A DNA stretch of 20,000 bases, from the IMG/VR virus record IMGVR_UViG_3300042898_004326. One strand, written 5' to 3'. The notes beneath the pieces are model-generated. The model worked only from the letters and a program-made list of their open reading frames with translations. It searched no databases and was not told the origin of the DNA. Shown here piece after piece: positions 8,096-16,046 of the stretch (positions are counted from its first letter, which is position 1; every line of letters starts with the position of its first letter). The translations under genes were made by a program, and so were the position numbers. Source of the stretch: an uncultured virus (IMG/VR IMGVR_UViG_3300042898_004326). Lineage: Duplodnaviria > Heunggongvirae > Uroviricota > Caudoviricetes.

Positions 8096-8688
8096 AATTC
8101 ATAGGGGATTTGTGAGCGTAGATAAGAACCTTTAAGACCTTGCGTACCAGTGGTACTACCACGAGGAGCAGAGATGTGGCAAGACATACCATTTTTACAA
8201 GCCTGACGGGGTTGCCAATTGTAATTGTTGGTCCAGATATCGGTTGGTTTCATCCGACTATCTCCATACTGACAATAGGTGACGGTGTTGCGGACATGGA
8301 GTATTTCAACCCAAGCATCTACTTTACGCATCATACCACGAGGATTTTCAATGTACCATATGAGATTGGGATTCAATTTCTTATAGTGTTCGATGATGCT
8401 GATCGTTTTTTTGAGAATCTGTAAGCCCATGAGAGCATCTTGTGTTTTGGGTCTCCGTTCCATATCCCAATGTTTACCTATAGACGCAACAGAGAATGTA
8501 GTACAAGGTGGTGATGCCCATATCATGTCCGGGATGAACGGTACCTTATGCACATCAAATTTATTGATGTCTACAGCATAGTCAATACCATCGAATTGTT
8601 GCCAATCAGATGAGAATACTTCGTGACCTAATTCATCACATACTTTGCCGATCGATCGGCTACCTGCGAATAGTTCTAATACTTTCAT
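8068..8688 (-). CDS. Short C5 DNA cytosine methyltransferase-family protein
   Basis: Motif I LELFAGSRS, motif IV ASPPC, motif VI IENP. 206 aa. Confidence 0.88.
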   Translation of the reverse strand: MKVLELFAGSRSIGKVCDELGHEVFSSDWQQFDGIDYAVDINKFDVHKVPFIPDMIWASPPCTTFSVASIGKHWDMERRPKTQDALMGLQILKKTISIIEHYKKLNPNLIWYIENPRGMMRKVDAWVEILHVRNTVTYCQYGDSRMKPTDIWTNNYNWQPRQACKNGMSCHISAPRGSTTGTQGLKGSYLRSQIPYELCKEIILNS

Positions 8689-8690
8689 GG

Positions 8691-8960
8691 TTAAAATGGT
8701 TCGTTAGCTGGTTGATAATGGGTTAATGCATCGAGATGGTCTTCAAGTTTTAAGTTGATGAATTCGCAGATGTCATCTTCGTATTCAGCAAAAAAGTCCT
8801 CCATAATGATTTTCTTATCTATCTGACTCATCGTTTTAAGTGAATCATTCTGACCGATGGCAATCATTCGAGCATCGATATCAGCAGGTGTCCATTGTAA
8901 GCAAGAGGGAAATATAAATCCCTTTTCCTCAAGTAGTTTGATTAGTGTATCAGTTCTCAT
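8691..8960 (-). CDS. Hypothetical protein (acidic C-terminal half)
   Basis: 89-aa ORF in a tightly packed operon. Confidence 0.75.
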   Translation of the reverse strand: MRTDTLIKLLEEKGFIFPSCLQWTPADIDARMIAIGQNDSLKTMSQIDKKIIMEDFFAEYEDDICEFINLKLEDHLDALTHYQPANEPF

Positions 8961-9280
8961 TTGTTTATGTATATAGTTTGTACTTTGGTTCTACTGAACT
9001 CTCCCCATTTGTCTGTGTACTCTTTGAGGACAATCTCGAAGATGTAGTCATCAATAGATTCTACATGGTATTTGCCTGATGCCATTTTCTGTAGTGCGTT
9101 GATAATCTTGCGAGAGTTACGCTCCAAGGTGTGGTAATTACCACCACATCCACAGCGACAGCAGTTACCCCGACCTTCATACATCTGGTCAATTTGACCT
9201 AAGGAAATGGTTGTTTTTCTTGGCTGTTGTGCTTCCATTTCAGGAGAGCGATAAGGTGTGTGTTCGATTGTAAATGTCAT
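8957..9280 (-). CDS. Hypothetical protein with CCRCGCGG motif
   Basis: 107 aa, ATGA overlap; the Cys cluster suggests metal binding. Confidence 0.75.
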   Translation of the reverse strand: MTFTIEHTPYRSPEMEAQQPRKTTISLGQIDQMYEGRGNCCRCGCGGNYHTLERNSRKIINALQKMASGKYHVESIDDYIFEIVLKEYTDKWGEFSRTKVQTIYINK

Positions 9281-9285
9281 ATCTT

Positions 9286-9567
9286 TTAGTCTTTATAAAT
9301 TCCGATAACGCCAGGGTTAACCCATTGTGCAAAGTAACCATTCTTTTCAAGGAAGGCTGTTAGTTCTGTACTCACACCCAAATCGTAGTATTTGTAGTCT
9401 TGAGTCCAATAGTTGAACATATCGTATCCACGAGAGTCCATCACCGGCTCTTCTGCTGAGACAGAGAAACAATCGGGTGAGTTTTCAGTCCATCCATTGC
9501 CATCGGCAAAGATTAACATTTTGGGATATTTTTTGATCAGTTGTTTGATGAGAGATTCTTTTTTCAT
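9286..9567 (-). CDS. Hypothetical protein
   Basis: 93-aa ORF, operon packing. Confidence 0.75.
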   Translation of the reverse strand: MKKESLIKQLIKKYPKMLIFADGNGWTENSPDCFSVSAEEPVMDSRGYDMFNYWTQDYKYYDLGVSTELTAFLEKNGYFAQWVNPGVIGIYKD

Positions 9568-9788
9568 AATACTATTCTTTGTGGTTCGATGAAATGTAAA
9601 ATTCTATATTGGGGTAATGCTTCATTCAAGGCATTTAGGTAATCACTGTGATCGTACCATACATCCTTTTCTCTTTCCTCCTTGACCATAGGTTCTAAGA
9701 CCTTTTCGATTTCTTCGATAGGTGCATCTGTGACAATGAGAAAATCTTCTTCATTGTATGCTGTAGTGTTGATTTGATAAAGCTCCAT
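9564..9788 (-). CDS. Small acidic hypothetical protein
   Basis: 74 aa, about 17 D/E vs 6 K/R; ATGA overlap. Confidence 0.75.
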   Translation of the reverse strand: MELYQINTTAYNEEDFLIVTDAPIEEIEKVLEPMVKEEREKDVWYDHSDYLNALNEALPQYRILHFIEPQRIVL

Positions 9789-9790
9789 GA

Positions 9791-10486
9791 TTATTTTAGT
9801 TTATGTTCAGTTAAAGTTGATTGTGCTACGGGACTATTGGTATCGAAATCGTAGTAGTAACCTACTTCAGCCGGAGCATTCATACCACCATCGACAATTT
9901 CAGTAAGCAATTTTGTAATCATACCATCGTTTGTTAGGATACCTGTTTCAGACCATTCTGGTGCATCGTACTCATGATGACTAACCCGAATACCATCTAA
10001 ATATTCAATCTCTCCTCCCCATCCTTGCTCCTCTTCATAGCATAGAAGAAAATCGGGAAAATCAACAGCAATTAAATCAAGTATGGATAGGTCAAACATT
10101 GCCCAAGCCGTAGCAAAATGCAATGTATCACCATCCAATTCTTGGTCATAACATCCCCATTTTGTTCCCCAATTCTCGCAAGCCCAATCATACCAATTGT
10201 CTACAGAATACTTATCAAGTAATGCCGTCTGCATCTTCTTGGTGATGGGGAACGGTTCGTAAAACCATTGCTGAGATCGATCAATCTTTTTGTTTTCCTT
10301 CATCTGTTTTTCGTATTCTTTTGGAGTCACAACACGAGTAGGTGATGTAGTTTTACGAATCTCATCCGGCATAGGACGATAATATCCGCAGATACCATTA
10401 GGAGTTACAGATATCTGATGTAATTTTTGTTTCTGGTCCTCAGTTAAAAGGCTGAAAGCAATGTGAGAGAATACATGATTTGGCAT
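9791..10486 (-). CDS. DUF1281/YubB ferredoxin-like family protein
   Basis: N-terminal MPNH, NWYDWACENWGTKW, FATAW and YEEE are characteristic of this family. Confidence 0.82.
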   Translation of the reverse strand: MPNHVFSHIAFSLLTEDQKQKLHQISVTPNGICGYYRPMPDEIRKTTSPTRVVTPKEYEKQMKENKKIDRSQQWFYEPFPITKKMQTALLDKYSVDNWYDWACENWGTKWGCYDQELDGDTLHFATAWAMFDLSILDLIAVDFPDFLLCYEEEQGWGGEIEYLDGIRVSHHEYDAPEWSETGILTNDGMITKLLTEIVDGGMNAPAEVGYYYDFDTNSPVAQSTLTEHKLK

Positions 10487-10490
10487 GGTC

Positions 10491-10628
10491 TTATTTTTCT
10501 AATTGGTTAACTTTATCCCAAGCCCAATTTAAGGCTTGAATGATTTTCTCTGTTGGTTCATCTTGCTCGTAGGTTAAAAGCACATTGATTGCCTGATCGA
10601 TACCATCTAAAATTTCTTGTTTGGTCAT
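10491..10628 (-). CDS. Small hypothetical protein, 45 aa (not in ORF track)
   Basis: MTKQEILDGIDQAINVLLTYEQDEPTEKIIQALNWAWDKVNQLEK*; the same AAATAAGACCATG junction lies on both sides. Confidence 0.75.
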   Translation of the reverse strand: MTKQEILDGIDQAINVLLTYEQDEPTEKIIQALNWAWDKVNQLEK

Positions 10629-10632
10629 GGTC

Positions 10633-10914
10633 TTATTTGATTTGATTGATTAAAATTTCGGTTTGGTTTACTTTGATTAATGTCTGCACATTGATTAAAC
10701 GATAGTCTTTCTTTTGGAAATCGTAGATAGTTACATATCCCCTTTCTGAAGGTTTGTAGGCTTGTGGTTTGGCGTTAGGCTTAAGATGTTTTGTTACGCC
10801 AGTTCTACCTACAATTTTACGGATCGATCCATCTTTCTTTACGAATTCAGCAGAGAAAATCTTCTTGCTTTTCATGATTTCTAAGGCTTGCTTAGTTGTG
10901 ATTTGGTTTTTCAT
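10633..10914 (-). CDS. WYL_2/SH3 beta-barrel-like phage protein (start re-assigned to MKNQITT)
   Basis: FSAEFVKKDGSIRKIVGRTGV...IYDFQKKDYRLIN; the ATG lies just downstream of the promoter at 10943. Confidence 0.75.
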   Translation of the reverse strand: MKNQITTKQALEIMKSKKIFSAEFVKKDGSIRKIVGRTGVTKHLKPNAKPQAYKPSERGYVTIYDFQKKDYRLINVQTLIKVNQTEILINQIK

Positions 10915-10942
10915 AATGTTGTTTAAATGTTGTTTAGTGATG

Positions 10943-10973
10943 CGAATATAGTTATTTTTATTAATTATACAAA
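10943..10973 (-). promoter_or_regulatory. Bacteroidota-type promoter (P3)
   Basis: Minus strand TTTG-19 nt-TATATTCG (variant of -33 TTTG / -7 TAnnTTTG), with an upstream A-tract and an AAACAAC-rich leader. Confidence 0.7.
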
Positions 10974-10990
10974 ATTTTACAGAATTTTTT

Positions 10991-11749
10991 TTATTTATTT
11001 TGCTCGACTGCTGATGATGATAGATGAGAGCTGTCCTGAAAATGACCAGTATTGTGGACACCGGAGTGCCCAGGATTTAGGACATTTTGCTGTCCAATAA
11101 TGTAGTCAGAATATTGGTGAGCAATTGCCTTCGCCATGCCAAGGAAAGTTTTGTTGCGGATCTTTTGTCGTTCGATTGGATTGGATGTTTTCTGAAATGC
11201 ATCGGCATACCATTTTGGTTGGCGTTTAATTCTCCCCGTCTTTTTGCATTGCCATTCTATAAATTCACCTTTGGAGACAATATCTGTAGGCTGTAGGTTT
11301 GGCAGATTCTTCAGCCACAAGCAAGTTGATTTTTGGAATGGGTCTCCGAATTGCCAAGGCTGAACAATCTGATTAGGTTTGCGATATGCAGATGACATGA
11401 TACCTATAGGATTCTCAACAGCAATATGTGGGATATTTGCATTCATGAGCTCCATGAAGAAATCGATACCATTCTGCCTATCTTTTTCCCTTGTAGGATA
11501 TTTCTCTTTGTATTCCTCTTTAAACCATCGGTTTCCCGCCAGTGTTAGGTATGTGCATGGTGGATGTGCAATCATTAAATCCCATTGGTATGCATTGATT
11601 ACATTACGCACATCGCATTGGTAGTGATAAGGTGAGTTATCATCAGATGGTTCGATATCGCATGAGAATGCATCATGTCCCAACTTACGGAATTCATTAC
11701 GCAAAACTCCGCTAAATTCACAAGCAATTAATATTTTCAATTTTTTCAT
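10991..11749 (-). CDS. Phage DNA cytosine methyltransferase-like protein (ACEFSG/HPPC type)
   Basis: ILIACEFSG, SCDI, IAHPPCTYL, VENPIG, QPWQFG, KSTCLWLKNLP, RNKTF. Confidence 0.82.
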   Translation of the reverse strand: MKKLKILIACEFSGVLRNEFRKLGHDAFSCDIEPSDDNSPYHYQCDVRNVINAYQWDLMIAHPPCTYLTLAGNRWFKEEYKEKYPTREKDRQNGIDFFMELMNANIPHIAVENPIGIMSSAYRKPNQIVQPWQFGDPFQKSTCLWLKNLPNLQPTDIVSKGEFIEWQCKKTGRIKRQPKWYADAFQKTSNPIERQKIRNKTFLGMAKAIAHQYSDYIIGQQNVLNPGHSGVHNTGHFQDSSHLSSSAVEQNK

Positions 11750-11958
11750 AGTTTTTCGATTAGTTTAATGATTTGGTTTGGCGTTTCTTTTACTTCGAAT
11801 CCTCCATTGTTGTGAGTTGTTACTCCGAGTCTTGTAAGGCATTCGATTGGTTTATTATATTTTGTTGAGCCGGGTACACGATAGCAATGTCCAATGTGAT
11901 TGGGATTGATATAAATATTTCCCAATCCATTTACTAATGTTAGTTTAATTAATTTCAT
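11746..11958 (-). CDS. FlbD/SwrD-like small protein (start re-assigned to MKLIKLT)
   Basis: IKLT...YINPNHI...VKETPNQI; ATGA overlaps. Confidence 0.7.
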   Translation of the reverse strand: MKLIKLTLVNGLGNIYINPNHIGHCYRVPGSTKYNKPIECLTRLGVTTHNNGGFEVKETPNQIIKLIEKL

Positions 11959-12176
11959 GAGAGAAGTAGTTGTTGTTCTATTTGGTAAGGTGTTTCTTTT
12001 ACACGAGTCTCCATCAATGAGCCATTTGCCCAACTGATTGCAGTTACAAACATTTCAAAGTTATCTGCATATTCCTCGCTGAATAATCTGATATGCTGAG
12101 GATTTACATACAGCATCGTTTCTTTTACTTCGCCTTGTAGAGTAAGGTGTAATTTGGTTAATTTTAGGTAGGTCAT
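11955..12176 (-). CDS. FlbD/SwrD-like small protein, paralogue of the adjacent gene
   Basis: LKLT...YVNPQHI...VKETPYQI. Confidence 0.7.
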   Translation of the reverse strand: MTYLKLTKLHLTLQGEVKETMLYVNPQHIRLFSEEYADNFEMFVTAISWANGSLMETRVKETPYQIEQQLLLS

Positions 12177-12355
12177 ATGTTTCCGTTTATTAGTTCATTG
12201 ATGTCATTTACAGCCAAGGAAATTTCATGTTGCGTAGATCCACCTTCCTCAATTTCGCTTAGGGCTAAATAATAAAAATCTGCAATTTCTGTTTTGTGCA
12301 ATGGATGTTCAAGCATCTTGCCTTGTACCCATGTTTTAAATTCTGTCGTGTTCAT
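12173..12355 (-). CDS. Small hypothetical protein
   Basis: 60 aa, ATGA overlap. Confidence 0.75.
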   Translation of the reverse strand: MNTTEFKTWVQGKMLEHPLHKTEIADFYYLALSEIEEGGSTQHEISLAVNDINELINGNI

Positions 12356-12359
12356 ATGT

Positions 12360-13073
12360 TTAATGTTCTAAAATGATTACTGATTTTGTTCCTTTGCCAT
12401 TTGTACCACTACACAAGCCACATTTACTGCAATTCGATTTGAATCCCATTTCAGATGAGGCTGGGCAAGAAATAAACTGACTGATTGGTATTGGAGATGC
12501 TACAAATGAGCGAAAACCTATGAGAGAAGCAATTCGCTCTTCATCAACGGTATGAGTTGATGCCATGAAATAAGGAGCAAATTCTATTTTACTTTTCCAT
12601 TGGTGGGTATATCCCGTCCAATTTTTTGCAACATTGCATATCTGTTCAACCAATTCGATGGGCATCAGAGATGGTTCACCATATGTTCCAAATCTCACAT
12701 ACCTATGTTGGCACATATCGATGATGTTACTGACTATCGATAGATTCAATGTAGGGATATCATCGAACTGCATTAACTTGCCGATGGATCTTAAAGATGA
12801 CAAAAATCCGCTGTATTGCATCATCTTATGTGTATAACAAGCAGATAATTTTGCTCCATTGCTGACTGCAAATGGGCAGTCAAAACATACCTTGCCATCG
12901 TGAGAGAAGAATTCTGACATCGATGTTTTGCCTTGAGCAACTTCATATTGCTCACGAGAGAAATGGTATGTTTGCACAATCTTCTCGCCAGCGGACGCAA
13001 TCTTTTTGTTAGATGTGCTGTTCAAAGTAATGATGGTGATTGTATCACCTTGTCTGTAGACTATCTTTTTCAT
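12360..13073 (-). CDS. Cys-rich phage protein, related to mycobacteriophage Gp88-like proteins
   Basis: SNKK...VQTY, CFDCP...CY, VRFGTYGEP, TGYTHQW, MAS, CPA...CSKCGLC. Confidence 0.7.
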   Translation of the reverse strand: MKKIVYRQGDTITIITLNSTSNKKIASAGEKIVQTYHFSREQYEVAQGKTSMSEFFSHDGKVCFDCPFAVSNGAKLSACYTHKMMQYSGFLSSLRSIGKLMQFDDIPTLNLSIVSNIIDMCQHRYVRFGTYGEPSLMPIELVEQICNVAKNWTGYTHQWKSKIEFAPYFMASTHTVDEERIASLIGFRSFVASPIPISQFISCPASSEMGFKSNCSKCGLCSGTNGKGTKSVIILEH

Positions 13074-13078
13074 GGCTG

Positions 13079-13468
13079 TTATTTTTGGATGGTGGTTAAC
13101 TCAGCTTTCAATTTCTCAATTTTGAAATTCAGATTACTGATTTCGATTTTGATTTCGGTGATTCGCTCATGCTTCTTTACATATGCCCAAATGAATTCAT
13201 CGATGCAATTAATAATTGCCCAATAGTCGGGAGATGGGTGAACAAAATGCATATCTTCATAATGGTCAGCCCAAATGCTCGTGGCGAATTTCTCTTTTAC
13301 AAATTTGGTTAAAGAAACATTCGCTGTCATGAAATCACAGATGATTTCTGTATCTGCTGAAATGTCTTGAAGATAGTTAATGCCTTGGATTTGACCTTCT
13401 TTAATAAAGAGGATAATCATTCTGTCAGATGCAGAAATTTTTTCGATGATGATAGAAGTTGTTTTCAT
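13079..13468 (-). CDS. Hypothetical protein with C-terminal coiled coil (start re-assigned to MKTTS)
   Basis: The track start at 13495 overlaps the promoter; heptad pattern ITEIKIEISNLNFKIEKLKAEL. Confidence 0.75.
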   Translation of the reverse strand: MKTTSIIIEKISASDRMIILFIKEGQIQGINYLQDISADTEIICDFMTANVSLTKFVKEKFATSIWADHYEDMHFVHPSPDYWAIINCIDEFIWAYVKKHERITEIKIEISNLNFKIEKLKAELTTIQK

Positions 13469-13492
13469 GTCGTTTTGTTGTTGTTTGATATG

Positions 13493-13522
13493 CAAATATA
13501 ATGAATTATTTGTAATAACTAA
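13493..13522 (-). promoter_or_regulatory. Bacteroidota-type promoter (P2)
   Basis: Perfect -7 element TATATTTG at 13493-13500, weak -33 (TTAG), upstream A-tracts, leader CAAACAACAACAAAACGACATG. Confidence 0.75.
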
Positions 13523-13592
13523 TCTTTTGTAAGTTTTTTTTTAATTTTTTTTGTGTATAGTTTTCAGGACGGTTGATTGTCTACAATACTGG

Positions 13593-13820
13593 TCAGAATC
13601 GTGTATGGTCATATTCGTAGATTGCAGATTCAAATTCACCCATGTCCATCCATTCGCCATGCTCACCGATGACATTATGAAATTCAGATGGGTAATCACG
13701 ATAAGACTGACGGACATGGCTTGCATTCATGATTTCTGCAAGTTGGTAAACTGACTCAAGTGAATCGAATTTTTTAGGGCATTCGATTGGTTTTCGGTTA
13801 ATGAGAAAATCGTAGTACAT
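13593..13820 (-). CDS. Hypothetical protein
   Basis: 75 aa, A-rich leader. Confidence 0.7.
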   Translation of the reverse strand: MYYDFLINRKPIECPKKFDSLESVYQLAEIMNASHVRQSYRDYPSEFHNVIGEHGEWMDMGEFESAIYEYDHTRF

Positions 13821-13824
13821 AGTT

Positions 13825-13923
13825 TTATTTTTTTAGGTTTTTAATATCGAGCATCCAATAGATGCCATAAGTGATTAGGGAAAGCAATGCGATTGCGATG
13901 GTAATGTCGTGTATGAATTTCAT
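13825..13923 (-). CDS. Small membrane protein, 32 aa
   Basis: MKFIHDITIAIALLSLITYGIYWMLDIKNLKK, the 3' end of the 120-aa track ORF; leader TTAAACATG. Confidence 0.6.
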   Translation of the reverse strand: MKFIHDITIAIALLSLITYGIYWMLDIKNLKK

Positions 13924-14008
13924 GTTTAATATTTTAAAAATAGCTCCGTCTGGTGGATCGATCCATGACCAAATCCACCATGCGATTGCAGATGATGATG
14001 ATAGCAGT

Positions 14009-14305
14009 TTATGATTCAACTTGGTTATAGACTGCCATCGAAAGCAAGGTAAATAAATCCTTGCTGACGATGATTTGGTTTGCATTTTGTCCCATCGGAA
14101 AGACCATTTCATAACTACCATCCTTGCATCGATATGCATACAAGGTCTTATCGATGTCATGACATTCCATGATGATAATGGCATCATAAATCGATAGGTA
14201 ATCTGACTCAGATTCCATGCCTATGTTTACCAAGGCTTGGAAATGTGGTGATAAAGGATTTTCGAATAAATCCATTGGGCGGAGATTGGTGAATGTAACT
14301 TGCAT
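14009..14305 (-). CDS. Hypothetical protein
   Basis: 98 aa, starts 4 nt after the previous stop. Confidence 0.72.
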   Translation of the reverse strand: MQVTFTNLRPMDLFENPLSPHFQALVNIGMESESDYLSIYDAIIIMECHDIDKTLYAYRCKDGSYEMVFPMGQNANQIIVSKDLFTLLSMAVYNQVES

Positions 14306-14309
14306 GATT

Positions 14310-14633
14310 TTAGTTGTTTTGAAATTTAACAGATTTGTAGGTATTATTTGGGAAAAGGTAATTGTGAAATACTTTGCCTTTGGGCATCTGATATCTCACT
14401 AACATTTTGTCATTCCATACAGCAACAATGGTCGCAATACGATTGGCTTGATTTCTGTGAATCGTTACTTCAGCAGATGCGAAAGTTGGGTCAATCCATA
14501 ACACATCTGAGACAGCAATGAAGGTAACAACTTCACCAATGGTGATTGCATATTTTTGGCTGTCGTACAATACATCAGAAATGTTATTGCAGACAAAGGT
14601 CATTCCGTTTTTAAGTTCAACTTTGTAGTTCAT
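14310..14633 (-). CDS. Hypothetical protein
   Basis: 107 aa, A-rich leader. Confidence 0.72.
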   Translation of the reverse strand: MNYKVELKNGMTFVCNNISDVLYDSQKYAITIGEVVTFIAVSDVLWIDPTFASAEVTIHRNQANRIATIVAVWNDKMLVRYQMPKGKVFHNYLFPNNTYKSVKFQNN

Positions 14634-14671
14634 GATTTTTGGGTTTTAAGATTTGATGATAGAATTGGGTC

Positions 14672-14986
14672 TCAGATTACAGATTGAAAGAAAGTGATAA
14701 CTTCACCGATGGTATCATAAGATGCGATTGGTTCTTCTTCTTCATCGATGATGCTGAAGACATGAAATTTGTCAAGACCTACCATGTCCTTATCGAATGC
14801 ACAGCAAGGAAAGAAAACTTCGTAGACATCTTGCGAATCTGTAATGGTAACAGATGCAGATGGGCAAGCATTGTTGTGCCATGTGTTATCCTCTGCGATT
14901 GCACTACCTTGTAGTTCATAGTTAAGGACAGCAATACAATTGTCCTTGTTAGCATTCCAATAGAAATTTGAGATTTGGTTTGTCAT
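14672..14986 (-). CDS. Acidic hypothetical protein (start MTNQISN)
   Basis: DNTWHNNACPS motif; acidic C-terminus. Confidence 0.72.
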   Translation of the reverse strand: MTNQISNFYWNANKDNCIAVLNYELQGSAIAEDNTWHNNACPSASVTITDSQDVYEVFFPCCAFDKDMVGLDKFHVFSIIDEEEEPIASYDTIGEVITFFQSVI

Positions 14987-15002
14987 GTCTGTATGTTTTA
15001 GA

Positions 15003-15164
15003 TTAGTTGTTGTCAATTGATACGATGCGAGCAGATAAGCAAAAGATGATGAACATGAATGTCATCATGATTGCATCCTTTTGGATTAGGCAAGTGAATG
15101 TACCTACAATGCTGATGAGCATTAAGATTAGTGCGATGGTCGATGGGCTGATTGGTAATTTCAT
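15003..15164 (-). CDS. Small two-helix membrane protein, first gene after promoter P1
   Basis: MKLPISPSTIALILMLISIVGTFTCLIQKDAIMMTFMFIIFCLSARIVSIDNN; leader AAACGACATG is shared with 13468. Confidence 0.65.
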   Translation of the reverse strand: MKLPISPSTIALILMLISIVGTFTCLIQKDAIMMTFMFIIFCLSARIVSIDNN

Positions 15165-15190
15165 GTCGTTTGATTGTCGTTTAGTGTTCA

Positions 15191-15223
15191 CAAAGATTGC
15201 AAAACAGATTTCACATAAACAAA
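15191..15223 (-). promoter_or_regulatory. Probable Bacteroidota-type promoter (P1)
   Basis: TTTG-21 nt-AATCTTTG (one mismatch to TAnnTTTG), with an A-tract upstream and the same leader style as P2/P3. Confidence 0.55.
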
Positions 15224-15407
15224 TTTTTTTTTTCGAAATGTGCTGAATTTGTTGGTCGAAAATCTGTCAGCACCAGTATTTCCGGGGCTTGACGCATAAA
15301 AAAAAATTTCAAAAATAATTTACAGACATGGATTTTGATGTGCAAATGGAGATGAGAGAATGGGTGAATGGATAACCTACAATGAAGACATGGCGAAAAG
15401 ATTTCGT

Positions 15408-15498
15408 ATCAGATGCAAATCAGATGCGATGCATCAGATGAATCAGATGAGACATGGTGAATCAGATGAGACATGGTGAATCAGATGCACATCAGATG
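15408..15498 (+). repeat. Cluster of seven ATCAGATG octamers including a 19-bp tandem repeat
   Basis: Copies at 15408, 15419, 15433, 15442, 15461, 15480 and 15491; GAATCAGATGAGACATGGT x2.5 at 15440-15487. Confidence 0.92.
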
Positions 15499-15757
15499 CG
15501 ATGCATGATTCCTTTGTTTATATATGTACGATGGCAGATGCGATGCGGAATCCTATGTATACAATCGGTCGAAGGTATACAGATGCCGATTCGATTTTTT
15601 ATTTTGATTTGATATCGATGAGGATGCAAGGCATTGATTATCAGTATTTTAGATCCGTTTTAGCCGAAGAAGGCGGGGCAGCTTTTTTTGCCGGTTGCCC
15701 CGGCTGATCTCATCGTATATACCTTCGCCACTCGGACAAATTTTATTTTTAGAATAA

Positions 15758-15835
15758 GGGGGGGGTACTTTTTACCGAGCGGTATTATACTGGGGGGTAT
15801 AAATCAAAGGGGGGGTATATTTTTACCGAGCGGTA
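15758..15835 (+). repeat. Poly-G runs with duplicated TTTTTACCGAGCGGTA
   Basis: G8 at 15758, G6 at 15792 and G7 at 15809, each followed by TA; 16-mer at 15769-15784 and 15820-15835 containing the dyad TACCG-AG-CGGTA. Confidence 0.9.
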
Positions 15836-15876
15836 CATTTGCCACTAATATCAGTTTACTGGCATTTGTTAGTTAC

Positions 15877-15915
15877 TGCCAAAAGCGGAAGTAAAACATT
15901 GCCAAAAGCGGAAGT
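15877..15915 (+). repeat. 16-bp direct repeat TGCCAAAAGCGGAAGT x2
   Basis: 15877-15892 and 15900-15915. Confidence 0.9.
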
Positions 15916-16046
15916 GGTATAAGAAAAATGGGCTCAAGAATCGCATCCAAGATTCAACAAAATCTTTAAACCACTTATTTAACAAAGAGTTAAGATCAGG
16001 CGAAAGGCCTCAATATGGGCGCAATAGTTTAAAAATGGGCGCATAT

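Noticed and set aside
11011..11045. Hammerhead ribozyme (CTGATGA...GAAA)
   Set aside because: Stem II does not abut the core motifs, no stems I/III were found, and it is antisense to the transcribed strand.
11838..13793. 16-bp exact repeat GGCATTCGATTGGTTT (KPIEC) at 11838 and 13778
   Set aside because: A single short AT-rich match inside unrelated genes; plausible by chance in 20 kb.
15408..15498. CRISPR array
   Set aside because: Repeats are only 8-19 bp, with no unique ~30-bp spacers and no cas genes.
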